A DNA stretch of 64,000 nt from Patescibacteria group bacterium (lineage in GTDB: Bacteria; Patescibacteriota; Minisyncoccia; Phycocordibacterales; UBA1006), in NCBI GenBank assembly GCA_028286885.1, contig JAQBQS010000010.1, positions 19,148-83,147 of the forward strand, given 5' to 3'. A program made the translations under genes and the position numbers. This document shows positions 9,894 through 19,798 of the stretch, piece by piece (the first letter of the stretch is position 1; each line of letters starts with the position of its first letter). The notes under the pieces were generated by a model that had not been told where the DNA came from, made no database searches, and was given only the letters and a program-made list of their open reading frames with translations.

Positions 9894-10412
9894 TCATGCG
9901 GTCAGGCGCGCCTCGTCTACGAGTATGCATTCGCCCGCCAGGTATTCGCGGTCCATATCGATCGTGGCGGCATCGACGCACAAATGCCCGTCGTTGTCGC
10001 GCCATGCGAACATCCTGCACGGCAGGCCGTACATTTTCTTGTCCAAGTAGACAAGAATGCCGCTGCCTTTCGCATCAAGGTGCCCTTCGCCGAGAAGCGA
10101 GACGATGCGCGAGAAGGCATCCCACCCGTCATACTCGCTGTAGGAGCCGCTCCGATCGCATCCGCTCTTGATAACCGGATGGTGCATGTCGCCGGCGAAC
10201 CGCAACAGCCTGCCCGGACCGGCTCCGGATGATGATCGCGACGTTCCCGCAAACCAAGATCTGACGCTGTCGTCGACGAAGACGACTTCGATGGCGCGGG
10301 CGGCGGCCTTTTTCTTGAACCGCTCGATCAAGGCATCGATCGTTTCATTTTTATAACAAGGTTCGACAATCGTTTCCGTCAGTTCAAATTCGGGAAGCAA
10401 TGACTTTTGCAT
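9894..10412 (-). CDS. hypothetical protein (orphan)
   Basis: 172-aa ORF between hairpin terminator and AT-rich leader. Confidence 0.6.
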   Translation of the reverse strand: MQKSLLPEFELTETIVEPCYKNETIDALIERFKKKAAARAIEVVFVDDSVRSWFAGTSRSSSGAGPGRLLRFAGDMHHPVIKSGCDRSGSYSEYDGWDAFSRIVSLLGEGHLDAKGSGILVYLDKKMYGLPCRMFAWRDNDGHLCVDAATIDMDREYLAGECILVDEARLTA

Positions 10413-10564
10413 GTGTTGGTTTTTAAATGTTGAAAGAATAGGACCCTGCTGAACGTATCATAATCGGCTTAAATTTTTGATAAAGGCAAAATAAAAAATA
10501 CATCCGCCAAGAGAATGTGCCGGCGTTTTCTTGCCAAAATCCGCCTATGCTATAATGCCGTTAT

Positions 10565-11143
10565 ATGGAAATTAAATCACTCAAAATCGGAGATGTTATT
10601 CCCGATCTCACATTAAAGGCGTATTACAATGACAAGGAAATCGAACTGAAATCGGCAGATTACCGAGGAAAATGGCTGATTCTCTTTTTCTATCCTGCGG
10701 ATTTCACATTCGTCTGTCCGACCGAACTCGAGGAGCTTGCAATGATGTATCCGGAATTCCAGAAACAAGATGCCGAGATTATGAGCGTCAGCTGCGACAC
10801 GGTATTTGTGCACAAGGCGTGGCATGACAACTCGCCGGCCATCGGCAAGATTACGTTTCCCATGGTATCGGATCCGACCGGCGAACTCTCAACACTGTTC
10901 GGCGCTTACATTCCGAAAGAAGGCCTTTCCCTTCGCGGAACGTTCATCATCGACCCTGACGGCATCTTGAAAACGATCGAGATCAACGACAACTCGATCG
11001 GCCGATCCGGCAAGGAACTCCTGCGCAAGCTTCGCGCTGCGAAATTCATCCGCGACAACCACGGGCTTCAAGTCTGCCCCGCTTCATGGGAACCGGGAGA
11101 CGACACGCTGACGCCGGGAATGGATTTGGTCGGGAAGATTTAA
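10565..11143 (+). CDS. ahpC: alkyl hydroperoxide reductase C (2-Cys peroxiredoxin)
   Basis: FYPADFTFVCPTE and VCPASW. Confidence 0.97.
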   Translation: MEIKSLKIGDVIPDLTLKAYYNDKEIELKSADYRGKWLILFFYPADFTFVCPTELEELAMMYPEFQKQDAEIMSVSCDTVFVHKAWHDNSPAIGKITFPMVSDPTGELSTLFGAYIPKEGLSLRGTFIIDPDGILKTIEINDNSIGRSGKELLRKLRAAKFIRDNHGLQVCPASWEPGDDTLTPGMDLVGKI

Positions 11144-11199
11144 AATGAAAATAAAAAAAGACGGTATAATACCGTCTTTTGTAAACTTGTTTTAAAAAG

Positions 11200-11439
11200 T
11201 TATTCTTTTACTTCTTCATTGGTTGATACGGATGGAGCAGTTTCATTCTCTTCTGTAGAACTTATTTGCGTACTCATATACCAAGTTGCATACATACCTA
11301 TTACGATCCCCAATATGATGGAATCAATCACGATCAAGGCTATATTTCCTGAGATAATAGATGCCGTTAGGAAAATAATTAATGCGAGCATGTATATGGC
11401 CGAACTTGGCGAAACTTCAAATTTTTCTTTGCTTTTCAT
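11200..11439 (-). CDS. small 2-TM membrane protein (orphan)
   Basis: hydrophobic ORF; TTGACA(11504-11499)-17-TATACT. Confidence 0.65.
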   Translation of the reverse strand: MKSKEKFEVSPSSAIYMLALIIFLTASIISGNIALIVIDSIILGIVIGMYATWYMSTQISSTEENETAPSVSTNEEVKE

Positions 11440-11536
11440 TTTGTTATATTTAGTTAAAGATCTATTTACATAACAAGTATAGCACGTTAATACTAAATTG
11501 TCAATACACGAAAACCCTTATTTTAAAGGCTTTTTA

Positions 11537-12049
11537 TTATATTTTCCTCGAGTCATACGCCCAATGCAGAATCGCCTGCCGCTGCCTCGGACGACAAGAT
11601 TCATCCCCTACTCGACAGTTATTGCGGACCTGCGTTATATGGCGCGTCATATTGCGCCACCGTTTTATCTGACGTTCATCTTCCTTGGGAATTCTGCGCC
11701 CCATGTAATAGCGGCAGTACCACTGGAACCAACCTCGCGGATCTTCGCGGTAAATCCATCCGTTTTTTCTCCAGACCGATAAAGGCTGCGAGGCGTTTAC
11801 GCCGAAATAATTTACCTTTGCGAGATGCTTGCGCGTTTGCTCCGGCGCAAGTTTGGCATGTTTGAACCATGATTTTGGAAATTCGTTTGTACAGTCGCGC
11901 ATGTACACGCCGCCGAATACGCCGAGCTCGAGCATTTCCCTAGGCGTCAGCTGCGGCCAGAAATCCTTGGCAAGGTTTTTGCCAACAGGTTCCGAAAGCT
12001 CATACGAATAATTTTTCTGCATCTTGTCATGAACAACGACCTTTTTCAT
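11537..12049 (-). CDS. conserved hypothetical protein (DPRGWFQWYCRY family)
   Basis: TPREMLELGVFGGVY, DPRGWFQWYCRYYMGRR, RQAILHWAYD. Confidence 0.88.
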   Translation of the reverse strand: MKKVVVHDKMQKNYSYELSEPVGKNLAKDFWPQLTPREMLELGVFGGVYMRDCTNEFPKSWFKHAKLAPEQTRKHLAKVNYFGVNASQPLSVWRKNGWIYREDPRGWFQWYCRYYMGRRIPKEDERQIKRWRNMTRHITQVRNNCRVGDESCRPRQRQAILHWAYDSRKI

Positions 12050-12163
12050 GGAAACACTATATCAAATAAACAAACGATAAAGTCTTTTCCTTCCAAAAAT
12101 AAAGCATGATATAATAAATTTGATCAATCCGATCACTTATCATTCGCTTAATACTTATTATTT

Positions 12164-12406
12164 ATGATGGAAAACAACATGGACCAGAAACACGGACAAA
12201 ACTGCACCTGCCCCGCTTGCACATGGAACCACGTCAAAACGCACAGCCTTACGTACCACATTTTCAAGAAGATCTTCTTGCTTATCGTTATCTTCTTCGT
12301 ATTCTGGATGGGAATGCGACTTGGAGAACTGCGAGCCCTCGAGCACCAGATCCGAGGAGCGCAGTGGCAGGCTATGCCGATGCAGACCCAGGGAATGTAT
12401 CAGTAG
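12164..12406 (+). CDS. small membrane protein with CxCxxC N-terminus
   Basis: single TM segment, promoter upstream, terminator downstream. Confidence 0.65.
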   Translation: MMENNMDQKHGQNCTCPACTWNHVKTHSLTYHIFKKIFLLIVIFFVFWMGMRLGELRALEHQIRGAQWQAMPMQTQGMYQ

Positions 12407-12414
12407 TCGTTTCT

Positions 12415-12442
12415 TAAAAAAGCCTTCGGGCTTTTTTATTAT
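12415..12442. terminator. bidirectional terminator; exact 28-bp direct repeat copy 1
   Basis: TAAAAAAGCCTTCGGGCTTTTTTATTAT, identical at 13899-13926. Confidence 0.85.
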
Positions 12443-12470
12443 GAAAGCTTGCATCCAATTTCTGACTATG

Positions 12471-12492
12471 GTACCTTTTTAATACAAGGTAC
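12471..12492. promoter_or_regulatory. palindromic operator, probable PadR autoregulatory site
   Basis: GTACCTT-N8-AAGGTAC just upstream of the padR start. Confidence 0.65.
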
Positions 12493-12505
12493 TACCTTGT
12501 TCATT

Positions 12506-12826
12506 ATGAATCTTCCCATCGAAAAGAAAGATGCCATGCGCAAAGGGCTCCTCGAGCTTGCGATTCTGCATGTCATCGCGCGCAAGCCCGTCTATGCAGC
12601 CGATATTCTTGGAGCGCTCTCGCAGACCGAATTCTCGACGCAAGAAGGAACGCTCTATCCCCTTCTTTCCAAAATCGGCCGCGAAGATCTTGTGAAATAC
12701 GAATGGAAGGAATCCGAATCTGGTCCTCCTCGGAAATATTACGAGCTCACTACCAAGGGACGCGCGCAACTGTCAGACATGCGCGCCTATTGGGACCTTA
12801 TTAACGCGACTATCCGCAAACTCTAA
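12506..12826 (+). CDS. PadR family transcriptional regulator
   Basis: MRKGLLELAIL...EGTLYPLL...GPPRKYYELT. Confidence 0.95.
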   Translation: MNLPIEKKDAMRKGLLELAILHVIARKPVYAADILGALSQTEFSTQEGTLYPLLSKIGREDLVKYEWKESESGPPRKYYELTTKGRAQLSDMRAYWDLINATIRKL

Positions 12827-12830
12827 TCGT

Positions 12831-13898
12831 ATGAACAACGTCACCATCATCCATCTGAATGGAAAAGTATTCCACATCGAGGAGGCAGGCCATATCCTGC
12901 TGCGCTCGTATCTGGACTCCGCAAAACATAATCTCGAGGGAAATCCCGACCGGGAAGAAATCCTGCGGGATATCGAAAACGCCATCGCCGACAAGTGCGA
13001 GGCGAAGCTTCACGCGCATAAAACCGTAATTTTAGAATCCGAGCTCAAAACGATTCTCGACGAAATGGGCGCGGTTTCGGGCTCAGCCGATTCCGACTCA
13101 ATCAGTTCCGAGAAAAAGCATTCGGGCGGACCTGCACCGAAGAAGCTTTACAATATCCGCGAAGGCGCCATGATCGCAGGCGTCTGCCAGGGACTTGCCG
13201 CGTATTTCAATATCGATGTTACGATCGTCCGCGTTGTTTTCGTAATTCTCGCGATCGTCACGCACGGCGCATGGATTCTTGTTTATCTGGTTCTTCTTGG
13301 CGTTATTCCCTACGCGCACACGAGCGAACAGAAATCCGCCGCGTTCGGCGTACCGTTTAACGCGCAGGAACTCGTCGATCGAGCCAAGTCTAACTATTCA
13401 GAATTCAAAGACAAGAAAGCTTGGAAAAAATACTGGCACGACCATCGCCACCAATGGAAGAAAGAGTGGCATGAAACAGTTCACGAAAACAAGAAAAAGT
13501 GGAGCGGAGCATTTGCAAAGTCGCTCGGATTCCTGACTCCGGTCCTCGGTATTTTAATGGCCCTCCTCACGATCATCGTTGTCATCGCGATCGTGATGGT
13601 TGCAAGCACGGGACTCTTCTTCGGTCTTGCCATTCCGTTTGCAATTCCCATCTGGATCGCCATTGTCATCTTGGTTGTCATCTACAATATTCTCCTCGCT
13701 CCCATTCGCGCGATGATGCATCTTGCCGGAAGAAACTGGAACGAGAACGGCTGGTTCGGAACAGTTGACGGCGTGATGTGGATCGGAATTATTGCCGTCC
13801 TCATCTGGGCCGCTTACCATTACGTGCCGCAGGTACGACCGATTCTCGACCAAGTTTGGAACGTTGCAACAGCGCAGTGGCACAGAATATTTGGATAA
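12831..13898 (+). CDS. PspC domain membrane protein
   Basis: MIAGVCQGLAAYFNIDVTIVRV PspC motif; follows padR. Confidence 0.92.
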   Translation: MNNVTIIHLNGKVFHIEEAGHILLRSYLDSAKHNLEGNPDREEILRDIENAIADKCEAKLHAHKTVILESELKTILDEMGAVSGSADSDSISSEKKHSGGPAPKKLYNIREGAMIAGVCQGLAAYFNIDVTIVRVVFVILAIVTHGAWILVYLVLLGVIPYAHTSEQKSAAFGVPFNAQELVDRAKSNYSEFKDKKAWKKYWHDHRHQWKKEWHETVHENKKKWSGAFAKSLGFLTPVLGILMALLTIIVVIAIVMVASTGLFFGLAIPFAIPIWIAIVILVVIYNILLAPIRAMMHLAGRNWNENGWFGTVDGVMWIGIIAVLIWAAYHYVPQVRPILDQVWNVATAQWHRIFG

Positions 13899-13926
13899 TA
13901 AAAAAGCCTTCGGGCTTTTTTATTAT
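13899..13926. terminator. bidirectional terminator; exact 28-bp direct repeat copy 2
   Basis: identical to 12415-12442. Confidence 0.85.
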
Positions 13927-13936
13927 TTTTAATTGA

Positions 13937-14365
13937 TCAAAAATCCATATTCAACTTTCTAAACTCGCTTATATTTATTCCCTCATTCACAAAAACGTCT
14001 TCCATGCTTGAAACATGAATAATTGCCGGATGGACTTGCATGAGCGAACGCTTACTGTATTCACCCACATTGTAAATACGAATGCTACCTGGTCTTTCCG
14101 TTGCGCATGCAAGTGCTGCGCCGAGTTCAACAAACATATCAGTTCCCTCAGCGTCGCTAATCAAAACAAAGATATCTGTTTCCAAAATAGCCTGTAAGTT
14201 TTCAGAACCCACCTGTTGAGCCTCTTGAACATGTTCATGATACGGTTTCAATGATTTGCCATAAATCCACGTCGAAACAATTTCCTGTCCTTGCGAAACA
14301 AGAAATTCGGAGGCTTTGACGAGATTTTCCGTATGCCGTACGCGCGAGGCGAAATACCATTTCAT
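13937..14365 (-). CDS. nucleoside 2-deoxyribosyltransferase-like protein
   Basis: MKWYFAS...DIFVLI...GTDMFVELGAALA. Confidence 0.65.
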   Translation of the reverse strand: MKWYFASRVRHTENLVKASEFLVSQGQEIVSTWIYGKSLKPYHEHVQEAQQVGSENLQAILETDIFVLISDAEGTDMFVELGAALACATERPGSIRIYNVGEYSKRSLMQVHPAIIHVSSMEDVFVNEGINISEFRKLNMDF

Positions 14366-14399
14366 GGAACGAGCGTAGCATTTTTGCTAAAGTAATTCC

Positions 14400-14825
14400 A
14401 TGCACCACGTCGCCATCATGAACAAAAAATGGAAGCTGATTCCCAAGATTCTGTCAGGTGAGAAAACCATTGAATCAAGATGGTACGTGACCCGACGTTC
14501 TCCATGGAACGCAATTTCCGCGGGCGATACCGTTTATTTCAAGGATGCAGGCGAACGTGTTACGGCAAAAGCCGACGTTGAGGATGTTTTGCAATTTGAA
14601 AATTATTCGGAAAAAGAATTGCGTGCCATCTTGAAAAAATACGGAGCGAGAATTTGCTTTTCAAGTCTTGAAACCGCATTTGATTGGTGTGCTGGCAAAA
14701 AATACTGCATCCTTGTCTTCTTAAAAAATCCGAAATCGATTACGCCGTTTGGAATAGACAAGACGGGATTTGGAAACGCATGTGCGTGGATTGCCGTAAA
14801 AAACATTTCGCAATTAAAAAAATAG
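14400..14825 (+). CDS. ASCH domain protein
   Basis: ILSGEKTIESR, GDTVYF. Confidence 0.88.
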   Translation: MHHVAIMNKKWKLIPKILSGEKTIESRWYVTRRSPWNAISAGDTVYFKDAGERVTAKADVEDVLQFENYSEKELRAILKKYGARICFSSLETAFDWCAGKKYCILVFLKNPKSITPFGIDKTGFGNACAWIAVKNISQLKK

Positions 14826-14868
14826 AATGCAAAACGCGCGCACCTGCGGTGCGCGCGTTTTGTTCGAT

Positions 14869-14902
14869 TCCCTCTCCCTCTGGGAGAGGGCTAGGGTGAG
14901 GG
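14869..14902. repeat. REP-like repeat
   Basis: CCCTCTCCC-TCT-GGGAGAGGG-CTAGGGTGAGGG. Confidence 0.75.
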
Positions 14903-15385
14903 TTAGCTTTTTGCTTTCTTGGGAAGCTTTCCCTTCTTGGCCGCATGGGCGATGCCTTCGGATTCAAATGCTGCACGAAGCTTGTCTGGCGTGATGTTGT
15001 GGTCCTTCATGATCTGCTGCAAGGATTTTCCTGCGTTGATTTCATTCTGAACGTCTGCCGGGTTGATGCCGAGCTTCGCCGAGATGGCCGCGATCTGAGT
15101 GTTGGAGAGATGCTTGGTCTGCGGATACGCTGCTTGGATTGCGGAACGGATTTGATCCATCGTGATGTTGTGCTCGGCAAGAACATCCTTTACTGATTTT
15201 CCGGAGGCGATTTCGGCCTTCATCAGGGCGACATCATCGGATGACAAGTTAAGTTTCGAAGCGACCATTGATATGGCGGCGCTCCCGTGGAACGAACGGA
15301 GCGAGGATTGCGCGTACGCATGTGTCGTTCCGATCAAAATAAAGAGCGCGATGACGCCGCCCGCCAAAAATACTTTTTTTCGCAT
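14903..15385 (-). CDS. secreted protein with two internal repeats
   Basis: signal peptide (AYA|Q); duplicated KL...EI.xGKS...HNIT unit. Confidence 0.85.
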   Translation of the reverse strand: MRKKVFLAGGVIALFILIGTTHAYAQSSLRSFHGSAAISMVASKLNLSSDDVALMKAEIASGKSVKDVLAEHNITMDQIRSAIQAAYPQTKHLSNTQIAAISAKLGINPADVQNEINAGKSLQQIMKDHNITPDKLRAAFESEGIAHAAKKGKLPKKAKS

Positions 15386-15540
15386 AATGATTTTTAAAAA
15401 TTAAAGAACTCGAATAAATAAAATAATAATTGAATCGCGTGTCCGAATCCCCTCCTATGTAGGACCCAGTAGGTCATTCTGAGGAATGAGGTGTGGCAGG
15501 CCCTGCGAGCCGGGGTGGTATGGCGCTGCCGATATTCATT

Positions 15541-15567
15541 ATACGCCAGCGCTGCAGTCCTCGGTGC
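15541..15567 (-). promoter_or_regulatory. ECF-type promoter GCACC-N17-CGTAT
   Basis: same motif and spacing at four sites near the ECF sigma gene. Confidence 0.75.
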
Positions 15568-15587
15568 CAATATGGTATGGTGAAATG

Positions 15588-16175
15588 ATGAATCCGCTCG
15601 AACTACAATGGATCAAAGATTCGATCAAGGGCGACCAATCCGCGTTTGCCGAATTAGTCAGGCATTATACGGCGCAAATCTACAACTTCTGTTATCGCCT
15701 GACGGGAAATGTTCAGACGGCCGAAGATGCCACCCAGGAAACGTTCATAAAGGTGTGGAAAAACTTGAAAAAGTTCGATGCCAAGCAGAGTTTTCGCGCG
15801 TGGATTTTCACGATCGCCAGAAATACGACCACCGATTTCTTGAGAAAGAAAAAGAGCATTCCCTTCTCGAATATCGGCAATAATACTGAGGAGTTTGCAT
15901 TCGAAGATATATTAGAGTCCGACGACGAACATATTGAAGAAACGATCGGCAAAGTGCAAGACGCACATTACGTCGAAAAACTTCTTGATGAAGTCCCGCC
16001 CGACACTAAAACTGTTTTAACGCTCTATTATCAAAGTGACATGACGTTCGATGAAATCGCGCGCGTCCTCGGCAAATCGATCAACACCGTGAAAAGCCAG
16101 CACCGCCGAGCCCTGATCAAACTGCGCGAGATATTGTCCGACGCACCAAATAACCCCTACCAATCGTATGAATAA
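15588..16175 (+). CDS. ECF RNA polymerase sigma factor
   Basis: AEDATQETFIKVW, FRAWIFTIARN, EIARVLGKSINTVKSQ. Confidence 0.95.
   Translation: MNPLELQWIKDSIKGDQSAFAELVRHYTAQIYNFCYRLTGNVQTAEDATQETFIKVWKNLKKFDAKQSFRAWIFTIARNTTTDFLRKKKSIPFSNIGNNTEEFAFEDILESDDEHIEETIGKVQDAHYVEKLLDEVPPDTKTVLTLYYQSDMTFDEIARVLGKSINTVKSQHRRALIKLREILSDAPNNPYQSYE
16143..16169 (+). promoter_or_regulatory. ECF-type promoter GCACC-N17-CGTAT inside sigma 3' end
   Basis: GCACC 16143-16147, CGTAT 16165-16169. Confidence 0.75.
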
Positions 16176-16179
16176 CCAC

Positions 16180-16563
16180 ATGAATCCTTTGAACCAGACA
16201 TTCAGAAAAATTGAATATGCACCACGAGCAGGACTCGCCTATGACATCATTGCCCGAATCCGCGAACGCGAAATTGCGATCGGCAAGAGGCGCTTCTGGG
16301 GATTCTCGGCACTCGGCATCGTGTCAGTCGGCGCGACGATTCCGGCAGTCATGCTCTTGGTCAGCCAAGTTTCTCAATCCGGCTTTCTCGACTATGTGTC
16401 TCTTGCGGCAAGCCCCGCCCTCAAATCGTCCGGCATCGAACTCGCCTCAACTGTTCTCTCGGCGCTTCCCGTTACGGGAATCGTCGCGGTACTCGGGGCG
16501 CTTCTCGTCTTCGCATGGTCTATGAGAAAAGCATTTGTTTTGCCTAATCCGTCACTCGCATAA
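16180..16563 (+). CDS. membrane protein, putative anti-sigma factor
   Basis: directly after sigma; short soluble N-terminus and 2 TM segments; alternative start 16168. Confidence 0.7.
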   Translation: MNPLNQTFRKIEYAPRAGLAYDIIARIREREIAIGKRRFWGFSALGIVSVGATIPAVMLLVSQVSQSGFLDYVSLAASPALKSSGIELASTVLSALPVTGIVAVLGALLVFAWSMRKAFVLPNPSLA

Positions 16564-16566
16564 TCT

Positions 16567-17037
16567 ATGAACACAAACCCCCTCAAGGAAAAAATTTCAC
16601 ATGTCGTCCAATCGAACGGATTTCGCAGATTTATTATCGGCATTCTCGGCTTGATTCTCGTTGCCATCATATTCCAAGCAGGCGTCACCGTCGGATTCCG
16701 CAAGGCGTCGTTCGGCAAAAATTTTGACAATCATTACGAGGAAAATTTCGGACCGATGCACCAAGGAATCGGCGGACCGAGAATTCCAAATCCTAACGGC
16801 GCGGCAGGCAAAATTATCTCCGCTAACGGCTCCCTTATTTCCGTCCTTGAAAAAAACAATTCCGAGAAATCTGTCGCGATAACGGACGAGACGCAAATCA
16901 GATTCATGCACCAGGAAGGAACCGCTTCGGAACTCGTTCCCGGAACGTTCATCGTCGCGATCGGAGATCCGAACGCGCAGGGCCAAATCGTCGCAAAATT
17001 TATCAGAATTATCCCGGCTCCGCCGACTCAGCGCTAA
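16567..17037 (+). CDS. membrane-anchored OB-fold-like (DUF5666-like) protein
   Basis: TM, then G.I.S...T.I...L.PG..I.A.G.P...G.I.A..I.I; paralog of 22297-22782. Confidence 0.75.
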   Translation: MNTNPLKEKISHVVQSNGFRRFIIGILGLILVAIIFQAGVTVGFRKASFGKNFDNHYEENFGPMHQGIGGPRIPNPNGAAGKIISANGSLISVLEKNNSEKSVAITDETQIRFMHQEGTASELVPGTFIVAIGDPNAQGQIVAKFIRIIPAPPTQR

Positions 17038-17046
17038 ATTATTTGT

Positions 17047-18576
17047 ATGGAACCAAAACCAACACTCTTCAACCGAATCAAAACATGGATCAAGAACCAC
17101 AAGTTCTGGACGATTGCCATCATTATCGTTCTGGCTCTTGCGATCTACGGAATTGTCAAAGCCTCTGCAAAGACAGCGTCGACAACGACATACGTCATCG
17201 GAACCGTTTCGCAAGACACTGTTGTGTCTACGGTGACAGGAACGGGTCAAGTTTCCTCATCGAACCAATTCGCGGTTCCTGCAAAAGCGTCGGGAACGCT
17301 GACAAGTCTTCGCGTGCAAGCCGGAGATTCCGTACGCGCGGGGCAAGTCATCGCAAGCATCGACGACACGTCGGCGGCAATTTCGCTCAAGCAGGCGCAG
17401 AATTCCCTTGCCAAGGCGAAGCAATCGCTCCAAAACGATCAGACAACGCAGGCGCTTTCGCTCACCAATCAGCAGATCAGCTTGAACTCGACAACCCTTG
17501 CGCAGCCGAAACAGAACAATCAGGACGCCGTTACGCCGAGCGTTTCGGGATCGTACAACTCGACAGAAAAAGGAACGTACACGATCTCGAATTATTCTTG
17601 TTCAGGAGGAACCTGTATTTCATATGAAGGAATCGAATCCGGATTCGGCTTGATCTCATCGAACATTCCAATCAAGCTCGGAACGCGCGGGCTCTATCTG
17701 ACCTTCTCATCGGTTCCGAAAATTCCCGACACATGGACTGTCGACGTACCTTCGCAGCTCGCGAGCGGATACTTGTCGCAAACGCAGAACTTGGAAACTT
17801 CGCAGCAAAATAATGCGATCACGATCGCAAATGATCAGCAAGCTATTGCTGATACTGAAATCAATCTGCAAAGCGCCCAACTTGCGTATAACAATACGCT
17901 CGTCACTGCGCCGGTCGCAGGAATCATCGGGACTGTGTCCGTCGTCAAAGGGCAGAACGTTTCAAGCGGAACGGCTATCGTTACCCTGGTCGGAAACCAG
18001 CAGTACGCCGACATTCCGTTCAACGAAGTGGACGTTGCCAAAATAAAAGTCGGCGATACGGCGAACGCGACATTTGATGCGGTCGACGATTTAACTATCA
18101 CAGGAAAAGTGATTTCAATTGATCAGATCGGAACCGTGACGTCGGGCGTCGTAAATTACACGGTCAAGATCGGATTCGATGTCCAGGATGCGCGCGTAAA
18201 ATCCGGCATGTCGACGACAATTGTCGTAGCAACGAATGTCGCACAAAACGCGACCGTCGTTCCAGCCAGTGCCGTCAAAACGTCAGGAAACGGAAGCTAC
18301 GTGTTGACCGTATCGAACGACACCGCAGTATCAAGCGGAAACACAGGAATCGAATTTGCAACGCCTCCGACGCAGACGCCCGTTACCGTCGGAATTTCAG
18401 ACGACACAAATACGCAAATCCTTTCGGGACTGTCCGTCGGCGACAAGATCGTAACCAAAACGATAACAACATCTGCGACAACTGCGACTGCTTCATCAGC
18501 ACCGAGCCTTCTTGGCGGATCAGCATCGCGCTCAGGCGCAGCAGGCGGCGGTGCAACGCGAGCTTTGGGACGATAA
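17047..18576 (+). CDS. MacA-like efflux membrane fusion protein
   Basis: VQAGDSVRAGQVIA, APVAGII, EVDVAKIKVG, VVPASAV. Confidence 0.92.
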   Translation: MEPKPTLFNRIKTWIKNHKFWTIAIIIVLALAIYGIVKASAKTASTTTYVIGTVSQDTVVSTVTGTGQVSSSNQFAVPAKASGTLTSLRVQAGDSVRAGQVIASIDDTSAAISLKQAQNSLAKAKQSLQNDQTTQALSLTNQQISLNSTTLAQPKQNNQDAVTPSVSGSYNSTEKGTYTISNYSCSGGTCISYEGIESGFGLISSNIPIKLGTRGLYLTFSSVPKIPDTWTVDVPSQLASGYLSQTQNLETSQQNNAITIANDQQAIADTEINLQSAQLAYNNTLVTAPVAGIIGTVSVVKGQNVSSGTAIVTLVGNQQYADIPFNEVDVAKIKVGDTANATFDAVDDLTITGKVISIDQIGTVTSGVVNYTVKIGFDVQDARVKSGMSTTIVVATNVAQNATVVPASAVKTSGNGSYVLTVSNDTAVSSGNTGIEFATPPTQTPVTVGISDDTNTQILSGLSVGDKIVTKTITTSATTATASSAPSLLGGSASRSGAAGGGATRALGR

Positions 18577-18580
18577 TTCT

Positions 18581-19309
18581 ATGATCCAAGTAACCAACAT
18601 CACCAAAACCTATTCAGCCGGATCCGACAACGAATTCCAGGCGCTCAAGGGCGTCTCTTTTTCGATCAATGATGGCGAGTTCATTGCGATCATGGGACCA
18701 TCGGGATCCGGTAAATCAACCTTGATGCATATTCTCGGATGTTTAGACACGCCGACGTCCGGCGAATATCATCTGGACCATAAAGACGTTTCCAAGATGT
18801 CGGACAACGATTTGGCCGACATCAGGCGTGATAAAATCGGATTCGTCTTCCAGTCGTTCAACCTCCTTCCCCGCACGACCGTCTTGCGCAACGTAATGCT
18901 TCCGCTCGTCTATGCGGACGAGCCGAATGAAAAACGAATCAAGGATGCCACTGCTGCGCTCACGTCCGCAGGACTCGACCTGAAATATTTCAACCACAAA
19001 TCTAATCAGCTTTCCGGAGGACAGATCCAGCGTGTTGCGATCGCGCGTGCGCTTGTAAACAATCCAACGATGATTCTGGCGGACGAGCCGACGGGTAATC
19101 TCGATACGCGCACAGGCGAGATCGTTCTCGGTACGTTCCAGAGACTCAACCGCGAGCTCGGCCGCACGATCGTTCTGATCACCCACGAGCCGGATGTTGC
19201 CGAGCATGCGGACCGCATTATCACAATTCGCGATGGTGTGATCGTAAGCGACGAGAAAAATAAAAACCGGAAAGAAGTAAAAATTTCGGACGAAAAACAG
19301 TTTACGTAA
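18581..19309 (+). CDS. MacB/LolD-type ABC ATP-binding protein
   Basis: GPSGSGKST, LSGGQIQRVAIARAL, ILADEPTGNLD. Confidence 0.96.
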   Translation: MIQVTNITKTYSAGSDNEFQALKGVSFSINDGEFIAIMGPSGSGKSTLMHILGCLDTPTSGEYHLDHKDVSKMSDNDLADIRRDKIGFVFQSFNLLPRTTVLRNVMLPLVYADEPNEKRIKDATAALTSAGLDLKYFNHKSNQLSGGQIQRVAIARALVNNPTMILADEPTGNLDTRTGEIVLGTFQRLNRELGRTIVLITHEPDVAEHADRIITIRDGVIVSDEKNKNRKEVKISDEKQFT

Positions 19310-19337
19310 AAAAGCCGCTCGTTAGAGCGGCTTTTGA

Positions 19338-19712
19338 TTAAAATTTGATTTCTGAAACCTCTTCATTTATTGCTCCCCAACTAGCAAGCGCTACACTATA
19401 AACGAGCTCCCAATCAAAATCTTTGTTTTTGTTTTCTTTTTCACTTTCATCATACTGATAAACATCAAACGTATTGATGACTCCGGTATAATAATTTTCG
19501 AGCGACTCAAGAAACAAACGCTGCGATTTCAAAAGTTGACCGTTCGCAATGCGAACCTGGATCGCACGTCTCTGCTCCTCGAGAGTTTCCAGGCAGTTCT
19601 TATTTTCTTCAGCTGCCTTCTTGGTAAAAGCCTTCATTGCCTCAAAGAGAGATTCGCCGAAACTTGAAATTTTCTTATCGCCATCGAGGCTGGGGTATTC
19701 TTTTAAATCCAT
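19338..19712 (-). CDS. hypothetical protein (orphan inside ABC cluster)
   Basis: AT-rich 124-aa ORF, TTGACA at 19758-19753. Confidence 0.7.
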   Translation of the reverse strand: MDLKEYPSLDGDKKISSFGESLFEAMKAFTKKAAEENKNCLETLEEQRRAIQVRIANGQLLKSQRLFLESLENYYTGVINTFDVYQYDESEKENKNKDFDWELVYSVALASWGAINEEVSEIKF

Positions 19713-19762
19713 ATTTAATTATTTTTTTATAGACTATCATTTATGTAGAAATTGTCAAGTAA

Positions 19763-19789
19763 GCACCCAATTCCCTCCCATTCCCGTAT
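19763..19789 (+). promoter_or_regulatory. ECF-type promoter GCACC-N17-CGTAT
   Basis: ends 9 nt before the permease ATG. Confidence 0.75.
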
Positions 19790-19798
19790 AATACCCAT

